Shown: positions 10,224 to 20,944, counted from the first letter of the stretch. The stretch: DNA of 64,000 nucleotides from an uncultured Smithella sp. (GCA_964539765.1 CAZIJZ010000001.1:52248-116247); one strand, 5' to 3'. A program made the numbers and translations. Notes: generated by a model not told the origin, from the sequence alone.

Positions 10224-10802
10224 ATGAAAAAGTCTTTTGGCGCTAAAACGTTAATTTATCCGACGCCGGTATGGCTGGTCGGAACCTACGATAAAAAGGG
10301 TAATCCTGATGCCGCTACTGTTGCCTGGGCCGGGATTTGCAGTTCGGATCCGCCCGCCGTGGCCATTTCGCTCAGAAAATCACGATATAGCTATGAAAAC
10401 ATTCTCTATAGAAAAGCTTTTACGATTAATGTTCCTTCCGCCGATCAGGTTGTTATTGCTGATTATTGCGGTCTGATTTCCGGCAAAATAATGGATAAAT
10501 TCGCGCCAGCGAAAATCACAGCCGTCCGCAGCGAAAAAGTTGATGCTCCTTATATTGATGAATTTCCCATGGTTGTCGAATGTAAATTAATCGAACAAGT
10601 CGAAGTTGGAATTCACGTTCATCTGATTGGCGAAATATGTGATGTGAAGGTTGAAGAATCGTTGATTGCAGAAGATCATTTACCGGATATCATGAAAATT
10701 CAGCCCCTTATTTATGCTCCGGAAAAAAGATCATATCACACCGTGGGACCCTGTCTGGCAGAAGCTTTTTCCTCAGGCAAAAAAATTTTAAATGACCATT
10801 GA
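10224..10802 (+). CDS. Flavin reductase-like / flavoredoxin (FMN-binding split barrel)
   Basis: PTPVWLVGTYDKKGNPDAATVAWAGICSSDPP is typical of this family. I prefer the start at 10224 (GGAGAGG RBS at 10211-10217) to the track start at 10209. Confidence 0.7.
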   Translation: MKKSFGAKTLIYPTPVWLVGTYDKKGNPDAATVAWAGICSSDPPAVAISLRKSRYSYENILYRKAFTINVPSADQVVIADYCGLISGKIMDKFAPAKITAVRSEKVDAPYIDEFPMVVECKLIEQVEVGIHVHLIGEICDVKVEESLIAEDHLPDIMKIQPLIYAPEKRSYHTVGPCLAEAFSSGKKILNDH

Positions 10803-10855
10803 TAAGTGCAGGGAGAATGTTTAATATATTCAAAAGCAAAGAAAGGAGATGAAAA

Positions 10856-11434
10856 ATGGCAAAATCGATTAAAGGAACCAAAACAGAGAAAAATCTGCTG
10901 GCATCTTTTGCCGGTGAAGCTCAGGCAAGAAATCGTTATACTTTTTTCGCCAGTGCCGCAAAAAAAGAAGGATATGAACAGATTTCACGGTTTTTTTTAG
11001 AGACAGCGGAGAATGAAAAGGAGCATGCCAAAGTATTTTTCAAATATTTGGAAGGAGGGGAAGTTGAGATTACAGCTTCCTATCCCGCGGGAGTCATTGG
11101 AGATACAAAAAGCAATTTGGAAGCAGCGGCTGCGGGTGAAAACATGGAATGGACCACCCTTTATTCCGACGCGGCAAAAGTAGCCAGGGAGGAAGGATTC
11201 CCTGAAATAGCCCGCTCTTTTGAACAGATAGCCAAGGTGGAGATGTTTCATGAGAATAGATATCGCAGACTGGCGGAAAATATAGCCAAGAAAGAAGTAT
11301 TTAAGAAGAATGCATCCATCAAGTGGCACTGCATAAATTGCGGTTACATATACGAAGGAGAAGAGGCACCGAAAGAGTGTCCCGCCTGCAACCATCCTCA
11401 GGCTTATTATGAAGTCTTAGCCGAAAATTACTAG
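10856..11434 (+). CDS. rbr: Rubrerythrin
   Basis: 192 aa. Diiron four-helix motifs (EAQARNRY, EKEHA, EMFHENRY) plus a C-terminal CxxC...CxxC rubredoxin-like domain. Confidence 0.9.
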   Translation: MAKSIKGTKTEKNLLASFAGEAQARNRYTFFASAAKKEGYEQISRFFLETAENEKEHAKVFFKYLEGGEVEITASYPAGVIGDTKSNLEAAAAGENMEWTTLYSDAAKVAREEGFPEIARSFEQIAKVEMFHENRYRRLAENIAKKEVFKKNASIKWHCINCGYIYEGEEAPKECPACNHPQAYYEVLAENY

Positions 11435-11585
11435 TGAGTCCCAAATTTCAAAAGCGTAGCGCATTGAAATTTGTAGGACGAACTATCCCCGAAGCGAATG
11501 GAAATAATGAGTTCATTAAGATTTTTTCCCGCAGCGGAACGGATGGGCTAGTGAGACATTAAAAATTTCAAACGATAGGATTACA
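11431..11585 (+). repeat. Hairpin-repeat cluster A (one full unit at 11434-11490 plus a truncated second unit from 11548)
   Basis: CTAGTGAG box, CAAATTTCA (11442-11450) / TGAAATTTG (11465-11473) stem, GGACGAACTATCCCC box. CTAGTGAG recurs at 11548. Confidence 0.8.
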
Positions 11586-11591
11586 AGAATA

Positions 11592-11640
11592 AAACAGCCT
11601 CCTGTGTTTCAGATGTCTGAATGCAGGGGCTGTTTTTTTA
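11592..11640 (+). terminator. Intrinsic terminator downstream of rbr and repeat A
   Basis: AACAGCCTCCTG ... CAGGGGCTGTT imperfect stem followed by TTTTTTT. Confidence 0.6.
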
Positions 11641-11656
11641 TCGAAGCTTGTTCTTC

Positions 11657-11685
11657 TTGACAGGTCATACAAAATGCCATAGATA
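11657..11685 (+). promoter_or_regulatory. Putative sigma-70 promoter
   Basis: TTGACA (11657-11662), 17 nt, TAGATA (11680-11685). It lies upstream of the GerMN gene. Confidence 0.45.
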
Positions 11686-11708
11686 GACACAGTTTTTTAA
11701 GGAGTGGA

Positions 11709-12326
11709 ATGTTTATGTCGACCAAGAAACAGTTGAGGTCTGAAAGCATAAAGGACAAGAAAGTTAAAAAATCGACGAAAATCTTTTATCTGGCACTCAT
11801 CGCCGGCGGCGGAATCGTTATTCTGATTATTTTCTTCACGACGATATTCAGCGCTTTGTTTCCCGCAGTGGATACGGAGGCGATGAAAAGAAAAGAGAAA
11901 CATGTTGTTAAAATTTATTTTTCCGATCAGCAGGAACGTTTTCTTAAATCCGAGAAACGTCATGTTGTGAAAGAAAAAGATGTTGCTTTGCATGCCAGGG
12001 AAATCGTCAAAGCTTTACTCGATGGTTCTAAAACGGGACTGGTCAACACATTTCCCAAGGGAGTGACCGTGCGGGATGTGCAAGTCAAAGATGACGGCAT
12101 TGCCGTTGTAAACTTCAGCAAGAATCTGAGCAAATCGTATGAAGGCAGCTCTACCGCTGAAATGTGCACCATATATTCTTTGACAAACTCACTCACTCAA
12201 AATATTCCGGAAATTAAAAAAGTAAAGATATTAATTGAAGACAAGAACGTATCGTCGATTCAAGGCCATATTTCCATCCGGCAAGCTTTTTCGCCGGACC
12301 TGGAATTAATTATTCCTGAACAATAA
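11709..12326 (+). CDS. GerMN-domain protein with N-terminal membrane anchor
   Basis: 205 aa. TM helix, then a GerMN-like region (ALLDG...TFPKGV...VNFS...TIYSLTNSLTQ). Confidence 0.65.
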   Translation: MFMSTKKQLRSESIKDKKVKKSTKIFYLALIAGGGIVILIIFFTTIFSALFPAVDTEAMKRKEKHVVKIYFSDQQERFLKSEKRHVVKEKDVALHAREIVKALLDGSKTGLVNTFPKGVTVRDVQVKDDGIAVVNFSKNLSKSYEGSSTAEMCTIYSLTNSLTQNIPEIKKVKILIEDKNVSSIQGHISIRQAFSPDLELIIPEQ

Positions 12327-12344
12327 GAGAACATAAAGTCTGCC

Positions 12345-14378
12345 ATGGCATCGAAATCAAAAATATCACGCACGCGCAATATTGGTATCGTCGCTCATAT
12401 TGATGCCGGGAAAACGACTGTGACGGAAAGAATTCTTTATTTCACGGGCAAATCCTACAAAATGGGGGAAGTTCATGACGGCGAAGCGGTTATGGACTGG
12501 ATGCCGCAGGAACAGGAACGGGGGATAACCATCACATCGGCCGTGACGACCTGCGCATGGCGAAATCATGACATTCATATTATTGACACTCCCGGTCATG
12601 TTGATTTTACGATTGAAGTGGAACGTTCGCTGCGGGTTCTCGATGGCGCGGTTGTTGTATTTTGTGCGGTAGGCGGTGTTGAACCGCAATCGGAAACCGT
12701 CTGGCGTCAGGCGGATAAATACGGTGTTCCCAAAATAGCTTTTATTAACAAGATGGACAGAGTCGGTGCGGATTATTTCAACGTCATGGGCATGATGAAA
12801 GAACGTTTTGCTTCCATCCCGGTCGCTATTCAAATGCCCGCCGGCAGTGAAGATAACTTCCGGGGCGCGATCGACCTGATCAATCAAAAGATGATTGTCT
12901 GGAATGACTCCACATCCGGCATGGAAATTTCCAGACAGGATATCCCGGATGATTTTGCAGTTCAGGCGCAATTAAATCGTGACAAAATGATCGAAACCCT
13001 TGCGGAAGTTGATGATAGTCTTGCGGACAAGTATTTAAGCGGTGAGGAAATTACCGTCACGGAAATAGAAGAAGCTTTGAGAAAAGCAACCATCTCATTA
13101 AAAATTGTCCCGGTACTATGCGGCGCGGCATTGCGCAACAAAGGTATTCAGCCGGTGTTGGATGCAATAATCAATTATCTGCCTTCCCCCGAAGATATTC
13201 CGCCGGTGAAAGGACTCAATCCTGTGACGAAAGAAGAAGAAGTCAGAAAAAGTTCAGATAAGGAACCTTTCTCTGCGCTGGCTTTTAAAATTATGATTGA
13301 TGAAGGAAGAAAACTTTCCTACCTGAGAATTTATTCCGGCAGGATTCAGGTAAATGACGAAATCTATAATGCAATCAAGAAACGAAAGGAAAAAATAGCA
13401 CGACTTTTGCGCATGCACGCCAACAAACGCGAGAGAATAGATTCCGCTTCAGCAGGCGACATCATTGCTGTACTCGGTCTGAAATCGACGACAACCGGCG
13501 ATACTCTCTGCACCGAAGAGAAACCGATTATTCTGGAATTGATCGAGTTCTACGAGCCGGTCATCAGTCAGGCCATTGAAGCCAAAACTCCCGCTGATCA
13601 GGAAAAACTGGCAATCGCGCTGGAAAAACTCGTGGAAGAAGATCCGACGCTCAAGGTGAAATACGAAGATGAAACGGCGCAAACGATCATTTCCGGCATG
13701 GGGGAATTGCATCTGGAAATTATTGTGGATCGTTTATTGAGAGAATTTAACTGTCACGTCAATGTCGGAAGACCGCGTGTCGTGTATCGCGAGACCATTC
13801 AGAAAAAAGTGGAAACCGAAGGAATATTTGAAAAAGAATTGGGCGAAAAGAAACACTTCGGTCATGTCCGCATTGCCCTGGCGCCGCGTAAGCGAGGTCT
13901 GGGAAATGAAATAATCAACAAGATGGATGAAAGCCTGATGCCTGCCGAATATTACGTTGCGATCGAAGAAGGCATCAGAGAAGCCATGATGAACGGCATT
14001 TTGAACGGTTATCCGGTGATGGATGTGGAGGTTAGTATTACCGGTGGTTCATTCCGGGACGGCGAATCGTCGGTCCAGGGCTACAAAATAGCCGCTTCAA
14101 CCGCTTTCCGGGACGGATGCAGTCTTGCGGACCCGATTATGCTGGAACCTTTCATGATGGTTGATATTATCACCCCCAGTGAGTTCATGGGTGATGTGAT
14201 CGGCGACATCAATGCCCGTAAGGGAGAAATTCAATCCGTAAATCCCAAAGACATGGTCAGCGAAATCAAGGCAAAAGTTCCTTTGAAGGCGATGTTCGGG
14301 TATTCAACAGATTTGAGATCCTCGACTCAGGGACGGGCGGTGTTCTCCATGATTTTTTCTGAATATAATAAGCTTTGA
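12345..14378 (+). CDS. fusA: Elongation factor G paralogue (not in a str operon)
   Basis: 677 aa. [17 protein letters not shown] and NKMD GTPase motifs, and full EF-G domain order. Confidence 0.85.
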   Translation: MASKSKISRTRNIGIVAHIDAGKTTVTERILYFTGKSYKMGEVHDGEAVMDWMPQEQERGITITSAVTTCAWRNHDIHIIDTPGHVDFTIEVERSLRVLDGAVVVFCAVGGVEPQSETVWRQADKYGVPKIAFINKMDRVGADYFNVMGMMKERFASIPVAIQMPAGSEDNFRGAIDLINQKMIVWNDSTSGMEISRQDIPDDFAVQAQLNRDKMIETLAEVDDSLADKYLSGEEITVTEIEEALRKATISLKIVPVLCGAALRNKGIQPVLDAIINYLPSPEDIPPVKGLNPVTKEEEVRKSSDKEPFSALAFKIMIDEGRKLSYLRIYSGRIQVNDEIYNAIKKRKEKIARLLRMHANKRERIDSASAGDIIAVLGLKSTTTGDTLCTEEKPIILELIEFYEPVISQAIEAKTPADQEKLAIALEKLVEEDPTLKVKYEDETAQTIISGMGELHLEIIVDRLLREFNCHVNVGRPRVVYRETIQKKVETEGIFEKELGEKKHFGHVRIALAPRKRGLGNEIINKMDESLMPAEYYVAIEEGIREAMMNGILNGYPVMDVEVSITGGSFRDGESSVQGYKIAASTAFRDGCSLADPIMLEPFMMVDIITPSEFMGDVIGDINARKGEIQSVNPKDMVSEIKAKVPLKAMFGYSTDLRSSTQGRAVFSMIFSEYNKL

Positions 14379-14468
14379 AATTATTAATTTACTGCAGATA
14401 TCGCGCCTATCCATTTGAGTTTTCATCAGAATAATCCCCCCGAAAATATTTTATTATTTCCTTGAAAA

Positions 14469-14515
14469 TTACTATATATAGTGGTAGTATCTCATTCAAC
14501 CCCAATATATAGCGT
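14469..14515 (+). promoter_or_regulatory. Tandem NrdR boxes upstream of nrdD
   Basis: TTACTATATATAGTGG (14469-14484) and CCCCAATATATAGCGT (14500-14515). The palindrome centres are 31 bp apart. Confidence 0.7.
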
Positions 14516-14565
14516 TATGTGCTTTTATTTATTGATCATTTTATTCGCATTGATGGAGTGTTTTT

Positions 14566-16653
14566 ATGAATTTGAAAATCAAAAAAAGAGACGGACGGTT
14601 AGTTAAATTTAACGCCGAAAAAATTACCAATGCCATTGCCAAGGCAGGAAATGCCACCGATGAATTTGACATTCAAGAAGCGCGTAAATTGACGATCAAG
14701 GTTCTAAACCTTGCCGAAAAGCTTTTTGACAGCAAGATTTTAACCGTTGAAGAAATTCAGGATGTTGTCGAAGAAGTTTTGTTAAATTCTCCTTATCGTA
14801 AAACAGCCAAGTCCTACATCATTTATCGCGATCAGCATTCCCGCTTGAGAGATATCGCCAACAGGATGGAAGTCGATCTCGTCGATCAGTATCTGAAGAA
14901 GCTGGATTGGAAAATAAATGAAAACAGTAATATGGATTATTCATTGCAGGGACTGAATAATTATATTTCTTCTGAAGTGAGCAAGGTTTACTGGCTCAAT
15001 GAAATTTATACTCCGGAAATTCACAAAGCGCATACCGACGGAGATTTTCATATCCACGACCTCAGTTTGCTATCCGTTTATTGTGTCGGCTGGGATTTAT
15101 TTGATTTGCTCCTTCAGGGGTTTCAGGGAGTTTCCGGCAAGGTAGAGAGTAAACCGGCCAATCATCTGCGCAGTGCTTTGGGACAGGTGGTTAATTTCTT
15201 TTACACGCTGCAGGGGGAAGCCGCCGGTGCTCAGGCTTTTTCCAATTTTGATACCCTGCTTGCCCCGTTTATCCGTTATGATAAATTGACCATTAAAGAA
15301 ATCAAGCAGGCGCTTCAGGAGTTCATTTTTAACATTAATGTGCCGACAAGAGTCGGATTTCAGACTCCTTTCACCAATGTGACGCTGGATGTTACGGTTC
15401 CTAAATATTACGCGGATCAGAATGTCATTATTGGCGGCAAGCCGCAAAAAGAAACCTACAAAGAATTTCAGGAAGAAATGAATCTCTTCAATAAAGCTTT
15501 TCTGCAGGTTATGGCTGAGGGCGACGCCAAAGGCAGAGTTTTTACTTTCCCGATTCCCACGTACAATGTCACCAAGGATTTTAACTGGGATGATCCCAAT
15601 TTACAGGATTTATGGGAAATGACCGCTAAATACGGCGTTCCTTATTTTTCCAACTTTATTAATTCCGACATGAATCCGGAAGACGCGCGCAGCATGTGCT
15701 GCCGTTTGCGCATTGACAATCGTGAGTTGGAGATGAGAGGCGGAGGGCTGTTCGGTTCCAACCCGTTGACAGGCTCTATCGGTGTCATCACGATTAACAT
15801 GCCGCGAATCGCCTATCTGGCCAAGTCCAAAAAAGATTTTCTGCTGAGACTGGCACAACTGATGGAACTGGCCAAGGAAAGTCTGGAAACAAAGAGAAAA
15901 GTTCTGGAAAAATTCACCGATGGAAATCTTTATCCCTATACAAAATATTATCTGCGCGGTGTGAAGGAGCGATTCGATGAGTACTGGAAGAATCATTTTT
16001 CCACCATCGGTCTTGTCGGGATGAATGAGGCCTGTTTGAATTTGCTGGGCGTGAACATTGCCACGGAAAAAGGCCAGGAGTTCACCAAGCAGGTGCTGGA
16101 TTTTATGAGGAAGGAACTCATTAATTTCCAGAAGGAAACCGGTAATAATTATAATCTGGAATCGACGCCGGCGGAAGGAACATCCTATCGTCTCGCGAAA
16201 ATAGATAAAGAGAAGTTTCCTGATATTATTACCGCCAGTGAAGGCAAATCTAAAAAGGCGGAACCGTTTTATACCAACTCCACCCAGTTGCCGGTGAATT
16301 ATACCGATGACATTTTTGAGGCGCTTGATTTACAGGATGACATCCAGACAAAATATACCGGCGGTACGGTATTTCATACCTTTGCCGGTGAGCGGATTGA
16401 TGATCCTCAATCCGTTAAGAAACTTGTCCAGAAAATTTGTTACAATTATCATTTGCCTTATATAACATTTACGCCAACCTTTAGTGTCTGTCCGTCGCAT
16501 GGTTACATCAAAGGCGAACAGGAAATATGCCCGACTTGCGCTGATGATTGCGAAGTATATTCCCGGGTTGTCGGTTATTTAAGGCCGGTCAAGCAGTGGA
16601 ATAAAGGCAAGCAGGAAGAATTTGACTCTCGTCAGGTATTCAAATTCAAATAA
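14566..16653 (+). CDS. nrdD: Anaerobic ribonucleoside-triphosphate reductase (class III)
   Basis: 695 aa. N-terminal ATP-cone, C-terminal Cys cluster and glycyl-radical motif SRVVGYLRP. Confidence 0.9.
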   Translation: MNLKIKKRDGRLVKFNAEKITNAIAKAGNATDEFDIQEARKLTIKVLNLAEKLFDSKILTVEEIQDVVEEVLLNSPYRKTAKSYIIYRDQHSRLRDIANRMEVDLVDQYLKKLDWKINENSNMDYSLQGLNNYISSEVSKVYWLNEIYTPEIHKAHTDGDFHIHDLSLLSVYCVGWDLFDLLLQGFQGVSGKVESKPANHLRSALGQVVNFFYTLQGEAAGAQAFSNFDTLLAPFIRYDKLTIKEIKQALQEFIFNINVPTRVGFQTPFTNVTLDVTVPKYYADQNVIIGGKPQKETYKEFQEEMNLFNKAFLQVMAEGDAKGRVFTFPIPTYNVTKDFNWDDPNLQDLWEMTAKYGVPYFSNFINSDMNPEDARSMCCRLRIDNRELEMRGGGLFGSNPLTGSIGVITINMPRIAYLAKSKKDFLLRLAQLMELAKESLETKRKVLEKFTDGNLYPYTKYYLRGVKERFDEYWKNHFSTIGLVGMNEACLNLLGVNIATEKGQEFTKQVLDFMRKELINFQKETGNNYNLESTPAEGTSYRLAKIDKEKFPDIITASEGKSKKAEPFYTNSTQLPVNYTDDIFEALDLQDDIQTKYTGGTVFHTFAGERIDDPQSVKKLVQKICYNYHLPYITFTPTFSVCPSHGYIKGEQEICPTCADDCEVYSRVVGYLRPVKQWNKGKQEEFDSRQVFKFK

Positions 16654-16719
16654 ACGAATAATTTACGTTTAACCATATCGGACGCGACGCGTTCGTGTTT
16701 CAAAAATCAGAGGGCAGTA

Positions 16720-17409
16720 ATGAAAATCGGCGGTTTACAGAGAGTATCACTTATTGATTATCCGGGCTATATCTGCGCCATTATTTTTTCACAGGGATGC
16801 AATTTCAAATGTCCCTATTGTCACAATCCGGAACTGGTCGATCCGGATATGTTCCGCAAATCTATGAATGAAAATGATGTTATTGAATTTCTTGAATCAC
16901 GTAAAGGAAAGCTTGATGCGGTCACGATTTGCGGCGGAGAGCCGACTATCCAGGCGGATTTAGTTCCTTTCATCAGAAAGATCAAAAAGATGGGATTTGC
17001 CGTTAAGTTGGATACCAACGGATCTTTGCCGCAGGTTATCAAGGCGCTGCTTGACGAAAAGTTGATCGATTATATAGCCATGGATGTAAAAGCGCCTTTG
17101 GATAAATACAGGGAAGTCGTAAAAACCCCGGTTAATCAGGATGCAATCAAAGAGAGTATCAAAATTATTTTAAAAGCCAATATCCCCTATGAATTCCGGA
17201 CGACGCTTGTGCAGTCGCAGTTGGATGAGAATGATATTTTGCAGATTGGAAAAATGATCAACGGCGCAAGCCATTATGTTCTGCAAAATTTTATTCCGAC
17301 GAAGACACTGGATAAAAAATTCACCAAAGAAAAATCTTTTTCCGATGAAGACCTGCAGAAAATCAAATCTCATCTTGATCAGCAGATAACTTCTGTCACG
17401 ATAAGATAA
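16720..17409 (+). CDS. nrdG: Anaerobic RNR activating radical-SAM protein
   Basis: 229 aa. CNFKCPYCHN radical-SAM cluster motif, immediately downstream of nrdD. Confidence 0.85.
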   Translation: MKIGGLQRVSLIDYPGYICAIIFSQGCNFKCPYCHNPELVDPDMFRKSMNENDVIEFLESRKGKLDAVTICGGEPTIQADLVPFIRKIKKMGFAVKLDTNGSLPQVIKALLDEKLIDYIAMDVKAPLDKYREVVKTPVNQDAIKESIKIILKANIPYEFRTTLVQSQLDENDILQIGKMINGASHYVLQNFIPTKTLDKKFTKEKSFSDEDLQKIKSHLDQQITSVTIR

Positions 17410-17557
17410 AATTTGGACGGAAAATTTTAACTAGAGAAATGGAGGGGTGATTGTTCAAGCGCCTGCGGTGACTAAACAAGCGACTAGAGCTGATCCCCGA
17501 TACACGGGCCACTTCAAGCGCGGTTCAATTATACAATCCACGATGTCAGGAGATGAT

Positions 17558-17875
17558 ATGATAGTTAAAGCGAAGGAGGCACGGCGAAAAAGTTTCTTGG
17601 GCGTTGATTTTGTTGTACTCTCGCATGGTCCTGAATCAATGATTACTAAAATGCTGTATAAGAAAGAGGATAATCCTCCCTTGCACAAGCATCCGAATGA
17701 GCAAAGCGGCTATGTAATCTCGGGCAAATATAGAATCATTTTCGGGGACAATAACCAGGAGATAGGTCCGGGTGATTCATATTCTATTCCTCGTGATACT
17801 GAGCATCGCATTGAAATCATTGAGCCCGGTGAAGTGTTGGATTTCTTTAGTCCGCCAAGAAAGGACTATCTGTAA
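17558..17875 (+). CDS. Cupin-domain protein
   Basis: HKHPNEQSGYVISG...IPRDTEHRI cupin motifs. I chose the start at 17558 (AGGAG RBS). The track ORF extends to 17447. Confidence 0.65.
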   Translation: MIVKAKEARRKSFLGVDFVVLSHGPESMITKMLYKKEDNPPLHKHPNEQSGYVISGKYRIIFGDNNQEIGPGDSYSIPRDTEHRIEIIEPGEVLDFFSPPRKDYL

Positions 17876-17895
17876 AGTTATAAACTCTTGCGTCA

Positions 17896-19023
17896 TCAGA
17901 TTAAAGCCAAGCTGTCAGCAATAGCCATGCCGGCCAGGGTAGGGCGCAAGAATCCATTCTTTAATTCCACGAGTTTATTTTTGATTAATGCGTCAATGAT
18001 TGTTTTTTTCTCTGCCGGTAAATCCGTGCCGTGTTTTGTTTTATAGTGTTTCAAGTCTATTCCTTCTTGGGTGCGCAAGCCGAGAAATAAAGCTTCCAGT
18101 TGCAATTGCTCGGTTGAAAGAATTTCAGCGCCCTCCACAGGCATTTCCCCGGAAGCAATTTCTTTCAGGTAGATCTTCAACGAAGCTTTGTTCCACCAGC
18201 GTTTATTATCCAGAAACGAATTTGCGGCAGGTCCCAGGCCCAAGTAAGGCGTGTGCCGCCAGTATTTCTGATTATGACGGGATTTGAATTTATCAAGGCG
18301 TGCGAAGTTGGAAACTTCGTATTGAATATAACCGGTATTTGCAAGCTCTTCGGCGGTGGTTAAAAATAATTTCAATGCCGTTTTTTCGTCGGGAAGACGC
18401 CAGCCTTCCGCATCGTATTTTTTATAAAGAAGTGTTTTGTCTTCCAGCGAAAGCTGATAGCAGGAAATATGTTCCGGCGCGAAAGCAACGGCTTCCCGCA
18501 ATGCATTTTTCCATGATTTGATGCCGAGACCATGAACTCCGTAAATCAAATCGATACCGAGATTATTGAACCCGGCTTGTCTTGAAGCGTCGATTGAGGA
18601 AACAGCTTCTTGAACAGAATGTCTGCGTCCGAGTAATCTTAAAATTTTATCGTCGAAAGACTGAATGCCGATATTCAGACGATTAATGCCAATGATGCGC
18701 AGTGCTTTCAAGTATTCTCGGGAAACGTCTCCCGGATTGATCTCCATCGTGATTTCAGCCTTCTCGTCAATCTCATAGTGTTTATGGATCGTCGAGAAGA
18801 TATCGGCAAGTTGTTGCGGAGTCAGAAGGGAAGGGGTGCCGCCGCCGATATAGATTGTGTCAAAGGATGAAAAAATATTCCGGTAATGCTTTATTTCTTT
18901 TTTTAACGCGTTAATATATTCGGGAATAAGATTGACGGATGCGATGGAGTAAAAACTGCAGTAGCCGCATTTCCTGAGGCAAAAAGGTATGTGAACATAA
19001 AGCCCGGCTTGTTCGCTTCTCAT
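17896..19023 (-). CDS. hemW: Radical-SAM heme chaperone HemW (HemN-like, oxygen-independent coproporphyrinogen oxidase family)
   Basis: 375 aa. YVHIPFCLRKCGYCSF motif, and the classical position downstream of lepA. Confidence 0.75.
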   Translation of the reverse strand: MRSEQAGLYVHIPFCLRKCGYCSFYSIASVNLIPEYINALKKEIKHYRNIFSSFDTIYIGGGTPSLLTPQQLADIFSTIHKHYEIDEKAEITMEINPGDVSREYLKALRIIGINRLNIGIQSFDDKILRLLGRRHSVQEAVSSIDASRQAGFNNLGIDLIYGVHGLGIKSWKNALREAVAFAPEHISCYQLSLEDKTLLYKKYDAEGWRLPDEKTALKLFLTTAEELANTGYIQYEVSNFARLDKFKSRHNQKYWRHTPYLGLGPAANSFLDNKRWWNKASLKIYLKEIASGEMPVEGAEILSTEQLQLEALFLGLRTQEGIDLKHYKTKHGTDLPAEKKTIIDALIKNKLVELKNGFLRPTLAGMAIADSLALI

Positions 19024-19080
19024 AGGAATTTATATATGATCTTTTCTCTGGATTCCCGCCTTCGCGGACATAGCAAATTT

Positions 19081-20877
19081 CTAATCCGTGTCGGATTTCA
19101 ATACCGCCAGAAAGGCGCTCTGCGGAATACTTACCGATCCGATCATCTTCATGCGCTTCTTGCCGGCTTTTTGCTTTTCAAGAAGTTTTCTCTTGCGCGT
19201 AATATCACCGCCGTAGCATTTGGATGTCACGTCCTTGCGAAAGGCGCTGATGGTCGTGCGCGCGATAATTTCTCCGCCGATAGCGCCCTGAATGGCTATT
19301 TTAAACATCTGACGCGGTATTTCATCTTTAAGCCGGTCACAGGCCAAGAGTGCCCGGGCCCGGGCACGATCGCGATGAACGATCTGCGAAAGCGCGTCCA
19401 CCTTTTCGCTGTTAACCAGAATGTCCATCAGAACCAGGCTGCTTTCGCGATAATCGATTACATCATAGTCAAATGATCCATAACCCTGAGTTACCGACTT
19501 AAAACGGTCGTAAAAATCAAAGATGACTTCGGCCAATGGCATTTCGTAGGATAGCTCCACACGTCCGGGACCGGTATAATTCATGACGGAATTCACGCCG
19601 CGTTTTTCCATGCAGAGTTTCATGACCGCTCCCAGGTAGCGTTCAGGCAGCATCATTGATGCGCGGATGAAAGGTTCTTCCCCTTTGTCGATTTCAGTCG
19701 GATCGGGATAATGCGCGGGATTATCAACGTAGATGACATTTTTATCCTTGAGCGTAAATCGGTAACGCACACTGGGCACGGAAAGAATAATGGAAAGGTC
19801 AAATTCTCTTTCAAGTCTTTCCTGCACGATATCGAGGTGCAGCAGCCCCAGAAAACCGCATCGGAAACCCTGTCCTAAGGCAGCGGAGGAATCTTTCTCG
19901 TAAATAAAAGAGGCATCGTTGAGTTTGTATTTTTCCAGCGAATCGGCCAGATCCTGATAATCATCGGAAGCAATGGGATAAATGGAAGCAAAGACCACCG
20001 GCTTGACTTCCTTGAAGCCGGGAAGAGGCTGAGCGCAAGGTCTGTCCTGAAGCGTGATCGTATCGCCTGTGCGCACATCCGCAACGGTTTTCACGCCGGC
20101 AATGATATAACCGACATCGCCGGCGGAAAGTTTTTCACGTTTGGTGCGGGTGAGTAGAAAGTGGCCGACTTCTTCCACTTTGTAAGTTGTGCCGTTGTAC
20201 ATGAATTTTATGATGTCGCCACTTTTAACGGTTCCTTCAAAAACACGGCAGTGAATAATCGTCCCGCGAAAGGAATCGTACTTCGCGTCGAAAATCAATG
20301 CGGCCAGAGGATTTTCGGCATTGCCTTTGGGTGGCGGTATGCGTTGAACAACGGCTTCCAGAATTTCTTCGATGCCGGTGCCTTCCTTGGCCGAACATTT
20401 AATATGCGTAAAAGGATCAAGCCCCAGTTCGGAATCGATTTCCTCCAGAACACGGTCAACATCGGCGGACGGAAGATCGATTTTATTGATGACCGGAATA
20501 ATTTCCAGATTGTGCTCAAGCGCCAGATAAAGATTAGCCAGTGTTTGTGCCTGTACGCCCTGTGCCGCATCGATCAGGAGCAGGACGCCTTCACAGGAGG
20601 CCAAAGAACGGGAAACTTCATAGGAAAAATCGACATGCCCGGGAGTGTCAATGAGGTTCAGGATATAATCTTTGCCGTCTTTGGCACGGTAGGGCAGGGA
20701 TATGGCATTGCTCTTGATGGTAATGCCGCGTTCCCGCTCGATATCCATGTTGTCGAGAATCTGATCCTGAAAATTTCTGTCGTTGCAGACTCCGGTAAAT
20801 TGAATCAGGCGGTCGGCCAGTGTTGACTTTCCGTGATCGATATGAGCGATGATGCTGAAGTTTCTGATGTTTTCCAT
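19081..20877 (-). CDS. lepA: Translation elongation factor 4 (LepA)
   Basis: 598 aa. [20 protein letters not shown] and the LepA-specific C-terminus. Confidence 0.95.
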   Translation of the reverse strand: MENIRNFSIIAHIDHGKSTLADRLIQFTGVCNDRNFQDQILDNMDIERERGITIKSNAISLPYRAKDGKDYILNLIDTPGHVDFSYEVSRSLASCEGVLLLIDAAQGVQAQTLANLYLALEHNLEIIPVINKIDLPSADVDRVLEEIDSELGLDPFTHIKCSAKEGTGIEEILEAVVQRIPPPKGNAENPLAALIFDAKYDSFRGTIIHCRVFEGTVKSGDIIKFMYNGTTYKVEEVGHFLLTRTKREKLSAGDVGYIIAGVKTVADVRTGDTITLQDRPCAQPLPGFKEVKPVVFASIYPIASDDYQDLADSLEKYKLNDASFIYEKDSSAALGQGFRCGFLGLLHLDIVQERLEREFDLSIILSVPSVRYRFTLKDKNVIYVDNPAHYPDPTEIDKGEEPFIRASMMLPERYLGAVMKLCMEKRGVNSVMNYTGPGRVELSYEMPLAEVIFDFYDRFKSVTQGYGSFDYDVIDYRESSLVLMDILVNSEKVDALSQIVHRDRARARALLACDRLKDEIPRQMFKIAIQGAIGGEIIARTTISAFRKDVTSKCYGGDITRKRKLLEKQKAGKKRMKMIGSVSIPQSAFLAVLKSDTD

Positions 20878-20888
20878 AATTATTTGTT

Positions 20889-20925
20889 AAAAAAGCCCTC
20901 CATAGTGCTTCGGGGGGCTTTTTTA
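20889..20925. terminator. Hairpin with flanking A/T runs between adk and lepA
   Basis: AAAAAGCCCTCC-N10-GGGGGGCTTTTTT. Confidence 0.55.
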
Positions 20926-20944
20926 TTCAATCTTTCCTAACCGG

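Noticed and set aside
11323-11345. TGGCAC-containing sequences considered as sigma-54 promoters, given rpoN in the window: 11326 inside rbr, 20691 and 45730 inside genes, and 39270 inside lptC.
   Set aside because: The GG-to-GC spacing is wrong (13 or 11 instead of 10 nt between the dinucleotides) or the TTGC element is missing. All of them lie inside coding regions.
17447-17557. A 37-codon N-terminal extension of the cupin ORF. Similar track extensions occur for the NUDIX gene (33269-33325), mogA (62270-62320), the HIT gene (60468-60524) and ptsN (43276-43323).
   Set aside because: The extensions use weak TTG/GTG starts, overlap neighbouring genes or lack an RBS. Internal ATGs with good Shine-Dalgarno spacing give proteins of canonical length.
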